Shown piece by piece: positions 38,871 through 49,855 of a stretch of DNA of 64,000 nt. A program made the translations under genes and the position numbers. The notes under the pieces are model-generated. The model saw only the letters and a program-made list of their open reading frames with translations. It was not told the origin of the DNA and did no database searches. Origin of the DNA: Candidatus Eiseniibacteriota bacterium (lineage in GTDB: Bacteria; Eisenbacteria; RBG-16-71-46); contig JBGAOA010000005.1 in NCBI GenBank assembly GCA_044222065.1, forward strand, positions 22,971-86,970, given 5' to 3'. How positions within the stretch are numbered: the stretch's first letter is position 1; every line of letters starts with the position of its first letter.

Positions 38871-41552
38871 TCATGGCTCGGGTCCCGGTTCAGCGGGGCT
38901 ATACGCGCCGAGAACCCCCGGTCCGCCGAGCGCGACGAAGCCGGCCCAGTCGAGCGGATGCTCGCCGGCGCCGGATGCCTCCGCCTGAACCCGGGCGAGT
39001 CCCTGGGCCGGGGATCGGCCGGCGCGAAGCTGCCCGTACAACCCGGCCATGAGGCGGCCCGCCGCGGCGTCCTCGACGTCCCACTGCGCCGCGACCACGG
39101 CCCCTGCCCCCGAGAGCAGAAGCGTGCGGGCGAGTCCGAACCACTCCTCGCCCGGCCGCACGAGCGCGCGCGCCGTCTGGCAGGCCGAGAGCGTGATCCA
39201 GCGCGCGCTCCAGACGACGGAGCCCAGCTCGGCCGCGGGCAGCCAGCGATCGGCGAGCCGCAGCCCCGACAGCTGCGGGGCGGCGGCCTCGTAGGCGCCG
39301 TGTCCGGCGAAGTGGATCCACTCGGCCGCGGGGCCGAGTTCGAGGAACCGGCCGGCCGTCGCGTCCGCGCCTTCGAGTCGGCGCGCGGCGGGGAAGAGCC
39401 GCTGCAGCGCCTGCACCTCCTCGCGCACCGCGGGCAGGTCGGCGTCCGCGCCGGCCACGATGAGCGGCGCCGCCGTCGGCCGGGTCGCCCGCTTCGGCGC
39501 GAGTCCGAGCCGCAGCCCGGGAACGATCGCGAGCGTCGAGGCCGCGGCGAGCGGACGCCCGTCGGGAAGCGGCAGCGCCGCCCACGGAACTCGTGCGAGC
39601 GCGGCCGTCGGCGCGATGCAGAGTGCTTCCGGCGCGCGCCCCGCGAGCGCCGGCCACAGCACGAGCGCGGCGAGCCGTTCGAGGTCGTCGCGCGTCGCGC
39701 GATCGGCCGCGCGCGCGTCGCGTTCGAGGTGCGCGGCGCTGCGCAACGAGAAGAGCAGGTCGTGCACCGCGCGCTGGAGGCGCGCCTCCGAGACGAGGCC
39801 GCGCATGGCGGCGAAGCCGCGCGCGTCGGCGCGGATCGCGGCGAGCCCTCCGTCGGCGACGAGGTAGTCGAGCAGCACGGTTTCGCCCGGGAGCGCGCGG
39901 CGGATGGCCGACGCCGTGACGCGCTCGGGGAGCCGACGCGCGAGCGCGCGCTCGAGGTTCGCGGGCAGCGCGGCCGGGGCTTCGGCCGTCTCGGCGCGAG
40001 TTCCGCGCGAACGATCGCGCACCGCGCGCGAGGCCGCCCATTCGCGCACGCGTCGCTCGAGCGCACGGCCCGGAGCGAGGCGGGCGCGGGAAGCGAGCAG
40101 CGAACGGCCGCGCCCCGCCTCGAGCGCTTCGATCGCCGCCTCGACGCGGCCTTCGCCGAGCTCGAGCGCCGCGAGCGCGCGGTGGGGCCAGCCCCACTCG
40201 CCCCAGAACGAGGCGCGCCAGTGTTCGTCGAGGATGCGGGCGGCGAGCCGCTCGGACTCGCGCGCCGCGAGCACGAGCGCGCGCCGCGCGCGCACGTCGC
40301 CGCGCGCCGGGCGAGCGCCGCGCGCGCCGAGCGCGAGGTGCAGCGCCCGCGGCGAGGGCCGCGTGCCGAGCCGGCGATCGAGACGGCGCACGGTCTCGGC
40401 CGCGCCGCGAACGTCGCCGGCCGCGAGCCGCGAGCGGGCGAGCAGCGCGAGCGCCGCGGCCTCGCGCTCGCGGGCGGACGCGCTGCGGAAATGGAGCGCC
40501 GCCGCGCGCAGCAGCGCCGCGGCCGCGAGCGGCTGGCGCGCCGCGTCCCACACGGTCGCGAGTCCGACGAGCGCTTCGCCCGTCCACACCGCGTTGCCCT
40601 CGGCGTGGAACGCCTCGATCGCGCGCTCGAGCCGGCGCGCCGCGGCGGCGGGACGGCCGACGCGATGCTCGGCGAGCGCTGCGAACACTTCGGCCTTCGC
40701 CAGTTCGTAGCGCAGCCCGAGGGATTCGCAGCGACGGATCGCCTCGGCCGCTTCGTCGAGCGTCTCCTCGTGCGCGCCGAGCCGCACGAAGATCTCGGCG
40801 CGGTCGAGCCGCGCGAGCGCCGCGAGCGACGGGTAGCCGCGCGCCTCGGCGTCTTCGCCCGTGCGCTCGAGCGCCTCGAGCGCGCGCTCCGGGCGCTGTT
40901 CGAGGAACTCGAGGTAGGCGAGGTTGTAGGACGCGCGCAGCGCGTCGAGCGGGCGCTTCGCGCGCTCCGCCTCGGCGCTCGCCCGCTCGTAGTGCGTGCG
41001 GGCCTCGGCACAGCGTCCGAGCAGCGCGAGGCAGTTGCCGACGTTGGCTTCGAGCATCCCCGCGGTGAACGCGTCGCCCGCCCGCCGCAGCAGGCTCTGC
41101 GCCTCGGCGTATTCGGCGATCGCGCGCTCGGGCAGGTCGAGCCGGTGCCAGACGTTCGCGACGTTTCCGAGCAGCCGGCCGAGCGAGACGTCGTCGCCGA
41201 CCTTCTCGAGTCGGCGCCGTCCGTCCGCCGCGGCGCGCAGCGCGTCGCGGTAGCGGCCGAGGTACATGAGCGCGTCCACGAGCCCGATCGCGCAGCGTCC
41301 GCGCTCGCGCTCGTTGCGGGCGCGAGCGAAGTGCCGTTCGGCCGCGCGATAGGCGGCGACCGCCTCGCGCGCGCGCCGCAGGCTGCGCAGCACGTGCCCG
41401 CGCAGCCGCCAGATCTCGCCGCGCTCGGCGGGCGAGGCGGCGCGCACGGCGCGCACGAAGTCGCGGCGGAGCGCCGACCACGCGCGATCGGGCCGCTCGC
41501 GGCGGAGCGCTTCGACGCGCCGCAGGAGGCGCTCGGCGGGAGCGAGGGTCAC
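38871..41552 (-). CDS. TPR-CHAT (caspase-like) protease
   Basis: GTG at 41552; long TPR region; CHAT motifs HFAGHG and LSACQT; W.VED...HPLDWAGF. Confidence 0.88.
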   Translation of the reverse strand: MTLAPAERLLRRVEALRRERPDRAWSALRRDFVRAVRAASPAERGEIWRLRGHVLRSLRRAREAVAAYRAAERHFARARNERERGRCAIGLVDALMYLGRYRDALRAAADGRRRLEKVGDDVSLGRLLGNVANVWHRLDLPERAIAEYAEAQSLLRRAGDAFTAGMLEANVGNCLALLGRCAEARTHYERASAEAERAKRPLDALRASYNLAYLEFLEQRPERALEALERTGEDAEARGYPSLAALARLDRAEIFVRLGAHEETLDEAAEAIRRCESLGLRYELAKAEVFAALAEHRVGRPAAAARRLERAIEAFHAEGNAVWTGEALVGLATVWDAARQPLAAAALLRAAALHFRSASAREREAAALALLARSRLAAGDVRGAAETVRRLDRRLGTRPSPRALHLALGARGARPARGDVRARRALVLAARESERLAARILDEHWRASFWGEWGWPHRALAALELGEGRVEAAIEALEAGRGRSLLASRARLAPGRALERRVREWAASRAVRDRSRGTRAETAEAPAALPANLERALARRLPERVTASAIRRALPGETVLLDYLVADGGLAAIRADARGFAAMRGLVSEARLQRAVHDLLFSLRSAAHLERDARAADRATRDDLERLAALVLWPALAGRAPEALCIAPTAALARVPWAALPLPDGRPLAAASTLAIVPGLRLGLAPKRATRPTAAPLIVAGADADLPAVREEVQALQRLFPAARRLEGADATAGRFLELGPAAEWIHFAGHGAYEAAAPQLSGLRLADRWLPAAELGSVVWSARWITLSACQTARALVRPGEEWFGLARTLLLSGAGAVVAAQWDVEDAAAGRLMAGLYGQLRAGRSPAQGLARVQAEASGAGEHPLDWAGFVALGGPGVLGAYSPAEPGPEP

Positions 41553-41568
41553 GGCCGCTCCGCCGGGC

Positions 41569-42174
41569 TCAGGGCTCGAACGCGGGCACGCGCCACGCGC
41601 CCGCGGGTCCGCGCAGTTCGATCGCCACCGGGCCGCGCGGGAGCGCGTCGAGCGCGAAGCGTCCCTCGGCGTCGGGCCACGCCTCGAAGCGCTCGGCGCC
41701 GATCGTGACCTCGATGCGCTGCAGGCTCGGGTCCTCGCCCGTGAGCCGTCCGCGCACGGCGATGCGGTCGCCGTCCTCGCGCTCGCACTCGAGTTCGAGC
41801 GACCACGATTCGCCCGCGAACCGCAGGCGCCGCACGTCGCCGACCGCACGCCGCGTCGCCGCCGGGAGCGGCGCTCGGAGCGAGTCGAACACGAGTTCGA
41901 GCCAGCGCCCGAGCACGCCGGGCGCGGGCGCCGCGGCGGGCACCGGACGGAACACCTCGAGCGCACGGCGCGTCACGTGGTCGGGGACGTCGGCGAGCCG
42001 GTCGGCGCGCATGCGGTCCACGACCGAGGCGAGGGCGCGCAGCCGCTCGCGGCAGGCGGCGCACGGCGCGCCGAGGTGCGCCTCGACCTCCTCGAGCTTC
42101 CGGCCCTGGAGCCGGCCCTCGAGGAAGTCGAGAGCCACCTCGGCGGACAGATGTCCGCGCCTCCCGCGTGTCAT
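41569..42174 (-). CDS. Soluble zinc-finger anti-sigma-like protein with C-terminal beta-sandwich
   Basis: HL...LDFLEG.L...VEAHLGAPCAAC; LVFDS motif; C-terminal DAEGRFALDALPRG; no TM helix. Confidence 0.75.
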   Translation of the reverse strand: MTRGRRGHLSAEVALDFLEGRLQGRKLEEVEAHLGAPCAACRERLRALASVVDRMRADRLADVPDHVTRRALEVFRPVPAAAPAPGVLGRWLELVFDSLRAPLPAATRRAVGDVRRLRFAGESWSLELECEREDGDRIAVRGRLTGEDPSLQRIEVTIGAERFEAWPDAEGRFALDALPRGPVAIELRGPAGAWRVPAFEP

Positions 42175-42188
42175 GGCGTGCCTCTCCT

Positions 42189-42860
42189 TCACGATCCGGC
42201 CTCCCGCCCTTCGGGGGCCTTCCGTCGTCCACGAGCAGAGGTGCGGCCGGGGGGCCCCGTGATACCGCCCGGCTCCGATTCGAGCGCATCGAGCGCGTCC
42301 TTGAGCCGCTCGAGGCAGCGCGCCCGGGTCGGGCCGATCGAGCCGACCGGCATCCGAAGCCGCTCCGAGACTTCGCGATAGTCGGGCGCCGGGTCCCGGT
42401 AGTAGAGGAGGTCCAGCAGCGACCGGCAGCGCTCCGAAATCGCTCCGAGGGCGAGCCGGACGCGCATCTGCCCTTCGAGGGCTTCGAGCGGGGCGCCGAG
42501 CTCGGGACCCTCCGCCGCGACGGTCTCGAGCGTGCCTTCGTCGCCCTCGCGCAGCGCGTTCTCGCGGCGCCGCCGCAGCGCGGTCGCGAACGCGATGCGC
42601 TCGGTCGTGCTCGCGAGCCAGCGGCAGAGCGCCCGGGCGTCCCGCAATCGCGGCAACCCGCGCACGAGCGCCGAAAAGACCTCCTGGAAGACGTCGCCGA
42701 CGTCTTCGTCGCCGAGCCGGTAGCTGCGCGCGACCGCGTAAACGAGCCGCTGGTAGCGGCGCACGAGCGCCTCCCACGCCCGCGCGTCGCCGTCGAGACA
42801 ACGCTGGACGAGGCGCGCATCGAGCTCGGGGTCGAGCGCCGGCCGTTCGGGCAGCTTCAC
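42189..42860 (-). CDS. ECF sigma factor
   Basis: AWEALVRRYQRLVY...DVFQEVF...WLASTT; region 4 YREVSERLRMPVGSIGPTRARCL. Confidence 0.92.
   Translation of the reverse strand: MKLPERPALDPELDARLVQRCLDGDARAWEALVRRYQRLVYAVARSYRLGDEDVGDVFQEVFSALVRGLPRLRDARALCRWLASTTERIAFATALRRRRENALREGDEGTLETVAAEGPELGAPLEALEGQMRVRLALGAISERCRSLLDLLYYRDPAPDYREVSERLRMPVGSIGPTRARCLERLKDALDALESEPGGITGPPGRTSARGRRKAPEGREAGS
42237..42265 (-). promoter_or_regulatory. Putative ECF promoter GTATCA-N16-CACCTCT upstream of the anti-sigma/CHAT genes
   Basis: Identical bipartite motif and spacing to the copy at 42893-42921. Confidence 0.65.
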
Positions 42861-42892
42861 GGGCCGAATCTAGAGGAAAAATCCCGGGCCGT

Positions 42893-42921
42893 GTATCAGG
42901 GCGACCGGACCGCGCACCTCT
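42893..42921 (+). promoter_or_regulatory. Putative ECF promoter GTATCA-N16-CACCTCT upstream of the glycosyltransferase
   Basis: Second copy of the motif, on the opposite strand. Confidence 0.65.
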
Positions 42922-43023
42922 CGCTCCGAAGGCCGGCCCGAGGGCCGGCTCCGGCGGAGGCTGCGCACCGGCAGGGACCGGAGCGGCCGCGCCGCCGGGA
43001 GATCCGGCGCTCTGGAGGTGGCG

Positions 43024-44166
43024 ATGCGTATCGCGGTGCTGTGCTCCGATCCACGGGTTCCGCTCGGCGGCATGCGGGGACCCTCGGTCCGGCTGCGCGG
43101 ATTGGCCCGCGCCTGGCAGCGCTCGGGTCACAGCGTGCACGCGATCGTCGCCGCGCGCGGCGACGACGCCGACGTGCGTGCGCTCGAAGCCGACGGCGTC
43201 GAAATCCGCGACCTGCGCGTGAACGCCCCCGCGCGCGAGGTGGACTGGCACTTCGCCCGCTGCGAAGCCGAACTCGTCTTCGAGCGACTCGCGCCCGGCA
43301 TCACGCAGGGGGCGATCGCCGCGAAGGGCTCCGGCCTCGCTCACCTCTACGACGTGGTCGCGACGCCCGAGTGCGACGGCGCCTCGAACGAGGGCGCCGA
43401 GCTCGCGCGCTCCGTGCGCGAGGGCCTCGAGGCGAGCTGCGGCGCCGTCGCGGTCAACGACCAGCTCGCGTCGTGGGTGCGCACGCTCGCGCCCGGGCGC
43501 TTTCCGGTCCGCGTCGTCGAGCACGGCGCCGGCCCCGACTTCTTCGAGTCCCCCGATCCCGACACCGTCGCCCGGGTGCGCGCGCGTCTCGGCGTTCCGG
43601 CGCGCGGCTTCGTCGTCGGCTTCCTCGGCTCGCTGCACGCGGGTCTCGAGCTCGAGCCGTGGGTCGAAGCCGTCTCGCTGCTGCCCGCCGCGCTGCGGAC
43701 CCGGCTGCTCGTCATGGGTGACGGTCCGCGCCGCAACGACCTGCTCGCCGCCGCGGTTCGTGCCGGCGTGCCGTCCGTGTTCGCGGGCTGGGTGCGCCAC
43801 GACGAAGTCCCCGCGCACCTCGCGCTGTGCGACGCCGTCGTGATTCCCTGCACGACCGCGGCGGGCTGCCTGTCGCGACAGGCGCTCACCGAGACCATGG
43901 CGGCCGGCCGGCCGATCGTCGCGAACCGCGACGGCGAGAACGAGCGCCTGCTGTTCCACGAGCACAGCGGACTGCTCGTGGACGGCGCGAATCGCGACGC
44001 GATCGCGGGCGCGCTCGAACAGCTCGCGTGCGACCGGCCGTTCGCCACGCGACTCGGAACCGCGGCGCGCCGCACGGCGAAGCAGCGCTTCACGTGGGAC
44101 CACGCCGCCGAGACGGTGGCCGAGTTCGGACTTTCGGCCCTCCACGCTCCGGAGGCCTCGAGCTAG
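43024..44166 (+). CDS. GT-B glycosyltransferase family 4
   Basis: MRIAVL, VVGFLGSL, LLVMGDGP, ETMAAGRPIV, FTWD. Confidence 0.85.
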   Translation: MRIAVLCSDPRVPLGGMRGPSVRLRGLARAWQRSGHSVHAIVAARGDDADVRALEADGVEIRDLRVNAPAREVDWHFARCEAELVFERLAPGITQGAIAAKGSGLAHLYDVVATPECDGASNEGAELARSVREGLEASCGAVAVNDQLASWVRTLAPGRFPVRVVEHGAGPDFFESPDPDTVARVRARLGVPARGFVVGFLGSLHAGLELEPWVEAVSLLPAALRTRLLVMGDGPRRNDLLAAAVRAGVPSVFAGWVRHDEVPAHLALCDAVVIPCTTAAGCLSRQALTETMAAGRPIVANRDGENERLLFHEHSGLLVDGANRDAIAGALEQLACDRPFATRLGTAARRTAKQRFTWDHAAETVAEFGLSALHAPEASS

Positions 44167-44408
44167 AGGCGCGCGACACCGCGCCCGCGTCGATGTGGGA
44201 CGCGCACGCCGGATCCGCCGGTTCCCGGGAGCGGCCCCCGGACGACCGGTCCCGGAAGCGCGTCCCTTCTGTTTTCCCGCGCTGGCGGCCCGCGCGGGCG
44301 AGCCAGTAGAGTGCGCGCCGTCCACCCGCACCCGGAGGCGCGCATGTCCACGAACCCCGTCGCGTTCGCGTGCGCTCGCCAGCGTCCGCGGCTCGCAGCT
44401 CCGCCCGC

Positions 44409-45716
44409 GTGAGCCGCGCGGTCTCGGGCACGCTGGTCCTCGCGCTCGTCGCGCTGCTCGCGCCGGCCGCGCTCTCGTGGGTGGCCTATCGCGGCGTGCG
44501 GGACGCGCTGCAGGGCGAGTTCGAGCAGCGTCTCGTGGGCCTCGCGAGCGCGACCGCCTCGCAGATCACCGCCGAGGACGTCGCCGATGTCCACCTGTTC
44601 GGCGACGAAGGCGCGGGCTACGGTCAGCTCCAGGTGCAGCTCGAGGAGCTGAAGGCGACGAACGCGCTCGCGAACGCCTCCGTGTTCGACACGGCGCGCA
44701 CCCGGCTCTACGACTGCAGCGGCCCGGGGCTCACCGGCGAATCGACGCCGCTCGACTCGCTCGCGCGCTCGGCCGTGGACGCCGCGCTCGCGGGCCGCCC
44801 CGCGGTGTCGGGCCTGTACGCGGGACCGGGCGGCGCGCTGCGCGCCGGCCTCGCGCCCGTGCTCGGCGCGGGCCGCGTGGCGGGCGCCGTCGCGGTCGAG
44901 GCGACGGTCGGCTACCTGCCGGTGCTCGACCGCTTCCGCCGCACGCTGCTGCTCGCGCTCGCGACGATCGCGGCCGGCGTCGTGGCGCTCGCCGTGCTGC
45001 GCATCCGGGTCGCGCTCGCGAGCGAGCGGCTCGAGCGGCGCCTCGCGCGCGCCGAGACGCTCGCCGCGATGGGGCGGCTCACGGCCACGCTCGCGCACGA
45101 GATCAAGAACCCGCTCGCGATCATCCGTGGTTCCGCCCAGCGCCTCGGCCGCCTCGAGCCCGAGGCCGGACGCATGGCGGGCTTCATCGTCGAGGAATCG
45201 GACCGGCTCTCGCGCACGGTCGCGCGCTACCTGCAGTTCTCGCGTCCGGACGAAGGACCGGGCGGCGCGGGGGACGCGATCGCGGCGCTCGATCAGACGC
45301 TCGCGCTGCTCGAGGGCGAGGCGGGCGCGCGCCGGATCGCGATCGAGCGTACGGGGGAGCGCGGTCCGGGCCCCGTGCGGCTCGACAACGAGTCCCTGAA
45401 ACAGATTTACTTGAACCTCGTTCTGAACGGGATGGAGGCGATGCCGGACGGCGGCACGCTGCGCGTCGAAGCGCGCTGCGGGCCGCGCGAGGTCGAGGTC
45501 TCGATCGCCGACGAGGGGCCGGGGATTCCGCCCGAGCACCTGACGCAGCTCGGCAGCGCGTTCTGGACGACGAAGGCCCAGGGTTCGGGGCTCGGGCTGT
45601 TCCTGAGCCGCCGGCTCGCACGCACGGGCGGCGGAGAACTCGAGTTGCGCAACGCGGGCACGCGCGGAGCGATCGGAACGCTGCGGCTGCCGAGACGGAA
45701 GGAGGAGGCGACGTGA
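44409..45716 (+). CDS. Membrane sensor histidine kinase
   Basis: Two TM helices; LAAMGRLTATLAHEIKNPL; TTKAQGSGLGL; start at 44370 or 44409. Confidence 0.92.
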   Translation: MSRAVSGTLVLALVALLAPAALSWVAYRGVRDALQGEFEQRLVGLASATASQITAEDVADVHLFGDEGAGYGQLQVQLEELKATNALANASVFDTARTRLYDCSGPGLTGESTPLDSLARSAVDAALAGRPAVSGLYAGPGGALRAGLAPVLGAGRVAGAVAVEATVGYLPVLDRFRRTLLLALATIAAGVVALAVLRIRVALASERLERRLARAETLAAMGRLTATLAHEIKNPLAIIRGSAQRLGRLEPEAGRMAGFIVEESDRLSRTVARYLQFSRPDEGPGGAGDAIAALDQTLALLEGEAGARRIAIERTGERGPGPVRLDNESLKQIYLNLVLNGMEAMPDGGTLRVEARCGPREVEVSIADEGPGIPPEHLTQLGSAFWTTKAQGSGLGLFLSRRLARTGGGELELRNAGTRGAIGTLRLPRRKEEAT

Positions 45717-46015
45717 AGCGAATCTCGCGGAGCGTGCTCGCGCGGCTCGGGCTGGCGCTGGCGGTCGCGTCGTTCGTCGCCGGCTGCAAGCGCGACGAGG
45801 TGCACGTCGAGTCGAACACGTTCTGGGAAGGCTCGATCAACAACCGCATCACGATCAGCGGCTACGGCGACAAGACGTACGAGATCCACGGCACGCTCGG
45901 ATGCGTGAAGGTCGTCAAGCAGCGTCCGGACTCGCTCTACCTGCGGCTGCGGATCAACGACCGGCCGGGCGAAGCCACGAGCGCGCCGCTCGGCAGCCTG
46001 TTCCAGTGCAAGTGA
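45713..46015 (+). CDS. Small lipoprotein between kinase and regulator
   Basis: SD GGAGG, GTGA overlap, lipobox VAGC, two further Cys. Confidence 0.75.
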   Translation: MKRISRSVLARLGLALAVASFVAGCKRDEVHVESNTFWEGSINNRITISGYGDKTYEIHGTLGCVKVVKQRPDSLYLRLRINDRPGEATSAPLGSLFQCK

Positions 46016-46028
46016 GGGCCGTCCGCGC

Positions 46029-47438
<1,410 letters not shown>

Positions 47439-47447
47439 GGTCACGCT

Positions 47448-48107
47448 ATGGATCTGTTCCGCCGGCTCGTGCTCGACAACCTGGGGCTGAAGCTGCTCGC
47501 GCTGCTCATGGCCGTGCTCGTCTACCTGAACGTGTACACGGACCGGCCAGCCTCGATGCTGCTCACGTTCCCGCTGCAGTTCACCGGCCTGCCCGACTCG
47601 CTCGCGCTCTCGGGTCCGATCCCGGCCGCGGTGCAGGCCGAAGTGCGCGGGACGGGCAAGCAGCTCATCCGCCTCCGACTCACCGAGCCGCAGGTGCGCC
47701 TCTCGCTCGAAGGCGTGGGGCCCGGACGCTTCGAGCGCGCGCTCACGAGCGAGGACCTGCCGCTCGCGGGCTACGAGCGGCTCGAGGTCGAGCGCCTCGT
47801 CGGCCCGCGCACCGTCGAGCTCGAACTCGAACGCCGCGCGCGGCGGGCGCTGCCCGTCCTCGTCGTGCTCGACGGCCCCTCGGCCGCGCGCACGAACGCC
47901 CGAATCACGTACGAGCCGGCGGCCGTCTTCGTGTCGGGACCGGCGCAGGCGATCGCGGATCTCGACACCGTGCGTCTCGCGGGCCTTCACGTGGACGGCC
48001 GGCGCGACACGGTTCGCGCCGATCTCGGTCCCGAGGCGCTGCCGGACTGGTGCGTCATGGATCCGGCGACGGTCCGCGTCACGGTCGCGCTCGCGCGCGC
48101 GCACTGA
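47448..48107 (+). CDS. YbbR/CdaR-like protein
   Basis: NLGLKLLALLMAV N-terminal anchor; V.V.VRG and P..V.VSGP patterns. Confidence 0.7.
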   Translation: MDLFRRLVLDNLGLKLLALLMAVLVYLNVYTDRPASMLLTFPLQFTGLPDSLALSGPIPAAVQAEVRGTGKQLIRLRLTEPQVRLSLEGVGPGRFERALTSEDLPLAGYERLEVERLVGPRTVELELERRARRALPVLVVLDGPSAARTNARITYEPAAVFVSGPAQAIADLDTVRLAGLHVDGRRDTVRADLGPEALPDWCVMDPATVRVTVALARAH

Positions 48108-48113
48108 GCCCCG

Positions 48114-48234
48114 AAAGGCGGCGGGCGCCCCGGTCTTGCGACCGAAGCGCCCCGCGTGACTGGAGGCGGGTGCACGAGCCGCGCTAGGAGATGGCAGGCT
48201 CGAGGTGGGACGCGACCCGCGCATCCCCGCCGAT
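48114..48234 (-). ncRNA. Putative sigma54-dependent small RNA (about 120 nt)
   Basis: Lies between a sigma54 promoter (48260-48246) and a GCAA-capped terminator-like hairpin; contains C/U-rich anti-SD-like tracts. Confidence 0.55.
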
Positions 48235-48245
48235 CCCCGAAGAGG

Positions 48246-48260
48246 GCAACCGGTGTGCCA
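48246..48260 (-). promoter_or_regulatory. sigma54 promoter
   Basis: Minus strand TGGCACACCGGTTGC matches TGGCAC-N5-TTGC. Confidence 0.75.
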
Positions 48261-48408
48261 TGCGGCCTCGGCGATGCGCAACGCGTTCGGGCCGCGCCAA
48301 TCGCGGCCGCACGCGCAGGGGTGCACGGCGTGGGCGAATCCACCCCGCTCGTTCCGAGGCGAACCGCACGCGTGCGGCTTCGGCTTGCACGGTTCCGGCG
48401 GCGCGCGA

Positions 48409-49545
48409 TCAGGGGATCACGCGCTTCGAGCGCGAGGCCTCCCACGGTTCGGGCGGCGTCGCCCTCGCGGCGTCGAGCGCGCGCCGCAGCGCGCCGCGCC
48501 GCTCGTCGTCGCTCGCGCGCTCGAGCAGCTTCTCGATCGCGAGAACGTGCGCCGTCGTGAGGGCCGCCGCGGCTTCGGTCGCGACGTCGGGACGCACGCC
48601 CGTGCCCTCCCAGTTCGTCTTCGAGACGGGGTTGCGCGCGCGGCCGTTCGAGACGAACGCCGCGAAGTGTTCCGACAGCCGGACGAAGCCGCCGGGGTTC
48701 GCGCCGCCGGCCGTCGTGTCGCCGACGATCGTCGCGCGCGCACGGTTCTGCAGGTTGTAGGCGAACTCCTCGGCCGCCGACGCCGTGAGCCCGCTCGTGA
48801 GCACGTACACGTCGCGCTCGCCGAAGCGCGGGCCCGGAACGACCGGCAGCGTGTGGTAGGACTCGACGTACTCGGCGCCGCCGTCCCGGATGACGAGGTC
48901 GTTGAGGTGCACGCGCTCGCCCTCCGGGAAGAGGTAGCTGCACAGCAGCTGCACGACCGAGGGTTCGCCGCCGCCGTTGCGGCGCACGTCCACGATCAGC
49001 GCGTCGCAGTTCGCGAGGAACCGCATCGCCGCCTCGATCGCCTCGCCGGCCTGCGGGGCCGCGAACTGGAAACTCCGCACGTCGAGGTAGCCGACGTTCC
49101 CGGGCAGTCGCGCGACGCGTTCGAAACCGTAGTTCGTGCGGCGGGCCAGATCGCGCACGCGATCGAGTTCGGCCGCCGGCGGCGGGCCGTCACCCTGGAC
49201 CGGCAGCGGGCGCTCGCGGTACGCGACGCGGAAGTGGCGGTCCTTGCCGACCGCCCGCAGCACCGACGTGAGCGAGTCGGCGAACGCCTCCGAACTCGAG
49301 AGACCGTCGAACGCGCGGCGCTTCTGCAGCGCGCGGAACTCGCGCTCGAGGGTCTTCGCGACTTCGGGGAACACGTAGCGCTCGTGCAGCGCGCGTACGA
49401 GCGAGTCGACGACGGCGGCGCGCGTCGGCGCGTCCACGGGCAAGTCCTTCTGATCGGGCGACGGCGGCGCGAACTGCGCCAACGCGGCGCTCGCGACGAA
49501 CGCCGGGGCGAGCGCGGCGAGCCGCGCGAAGCGGAGGAGGTTCAC
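48409..49545 (-). CDS. S41 family peptidase (IRBP-like), secreted
   Basis: GNVGYL, LIVDVRRNGGG, TASAAEEF, IVGDTTAGG, WEGTGVRPDV. Confidence 0.9.
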   Translation of the reverse strand: MNLLRFARLAALAPAFVASAALAQFAPPSPDQKDLPVDAPTRAAVVDSLVRALHERYVFPEVAKTLEREFRALQKRRAFDGLSSSEAFADSLTSVLRAVGKDRHFRVAYRERPLPVQGDGPPPAAELDRVRDLARRTNYGFERVARLPGNVGYLDVRSFQFAAPQAGEAIEAAMRFLANCDALIVDVRRNGGGEPSVVQLLCSYLFPEGERVHLNDLVIRDGGAEYVESYHTLPVVPGPRFGERDVYVLTSGLTASAAEEFAYNLQNRARATIVGDTTAGGANPGGFVRLSEHFAAFVSNGRARNPVSKTNWEGTGVRPDVATEAAAALTTAHVLAIEKLLERASDDERRGALRRALDAARATPPEPWEASRSKRVIP

Positions 49546-49655
49546 GATCGATCCTCGTGCGTGGGGGTGAGCGGCGGGCGTCGCGGGCGTGCCGCGCCCG
49601 GGGTGCGCGTGAGGCCCGGGTGCGGCCGCACGACGAGCGGTGGCTGCGCACGTTC

Positions 49656-49682
49656 GACGGCGGCACCACGGACGGGGTTTCA
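49656..49682 (-). promoter_or_regulatory. SigW-like ECF promoter upstream of the S41 peptidase
   Basis: TGAAAC-N17-CGTC. Confidence 0.5.
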
Positions 49683-49826
49683 CGCGGCGATGCCACTTGG
49701 AGCGCGCGCAGGGTGCGCGCGGATGGACGCCCGGCGCGGCGCACACGACCGGCGCCGCCGGCGCGCCGACGAGCGCGGAGCGCGGTTCGAGCCGCTAAAA
49801 CCGCAGCCGGAACCGCGATTCCGCGC

Positions 49827-49855
49827 TTGACCCTGCCCGCGGCCGCTCCTAGAGT
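49827..49855 (+). promoter_or_regulatory. sigma70-type promoter of rho
   Basis: TTGACC-N17-TAGAGT, about 345 nt upstream of the start. Confidence 0.6.
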
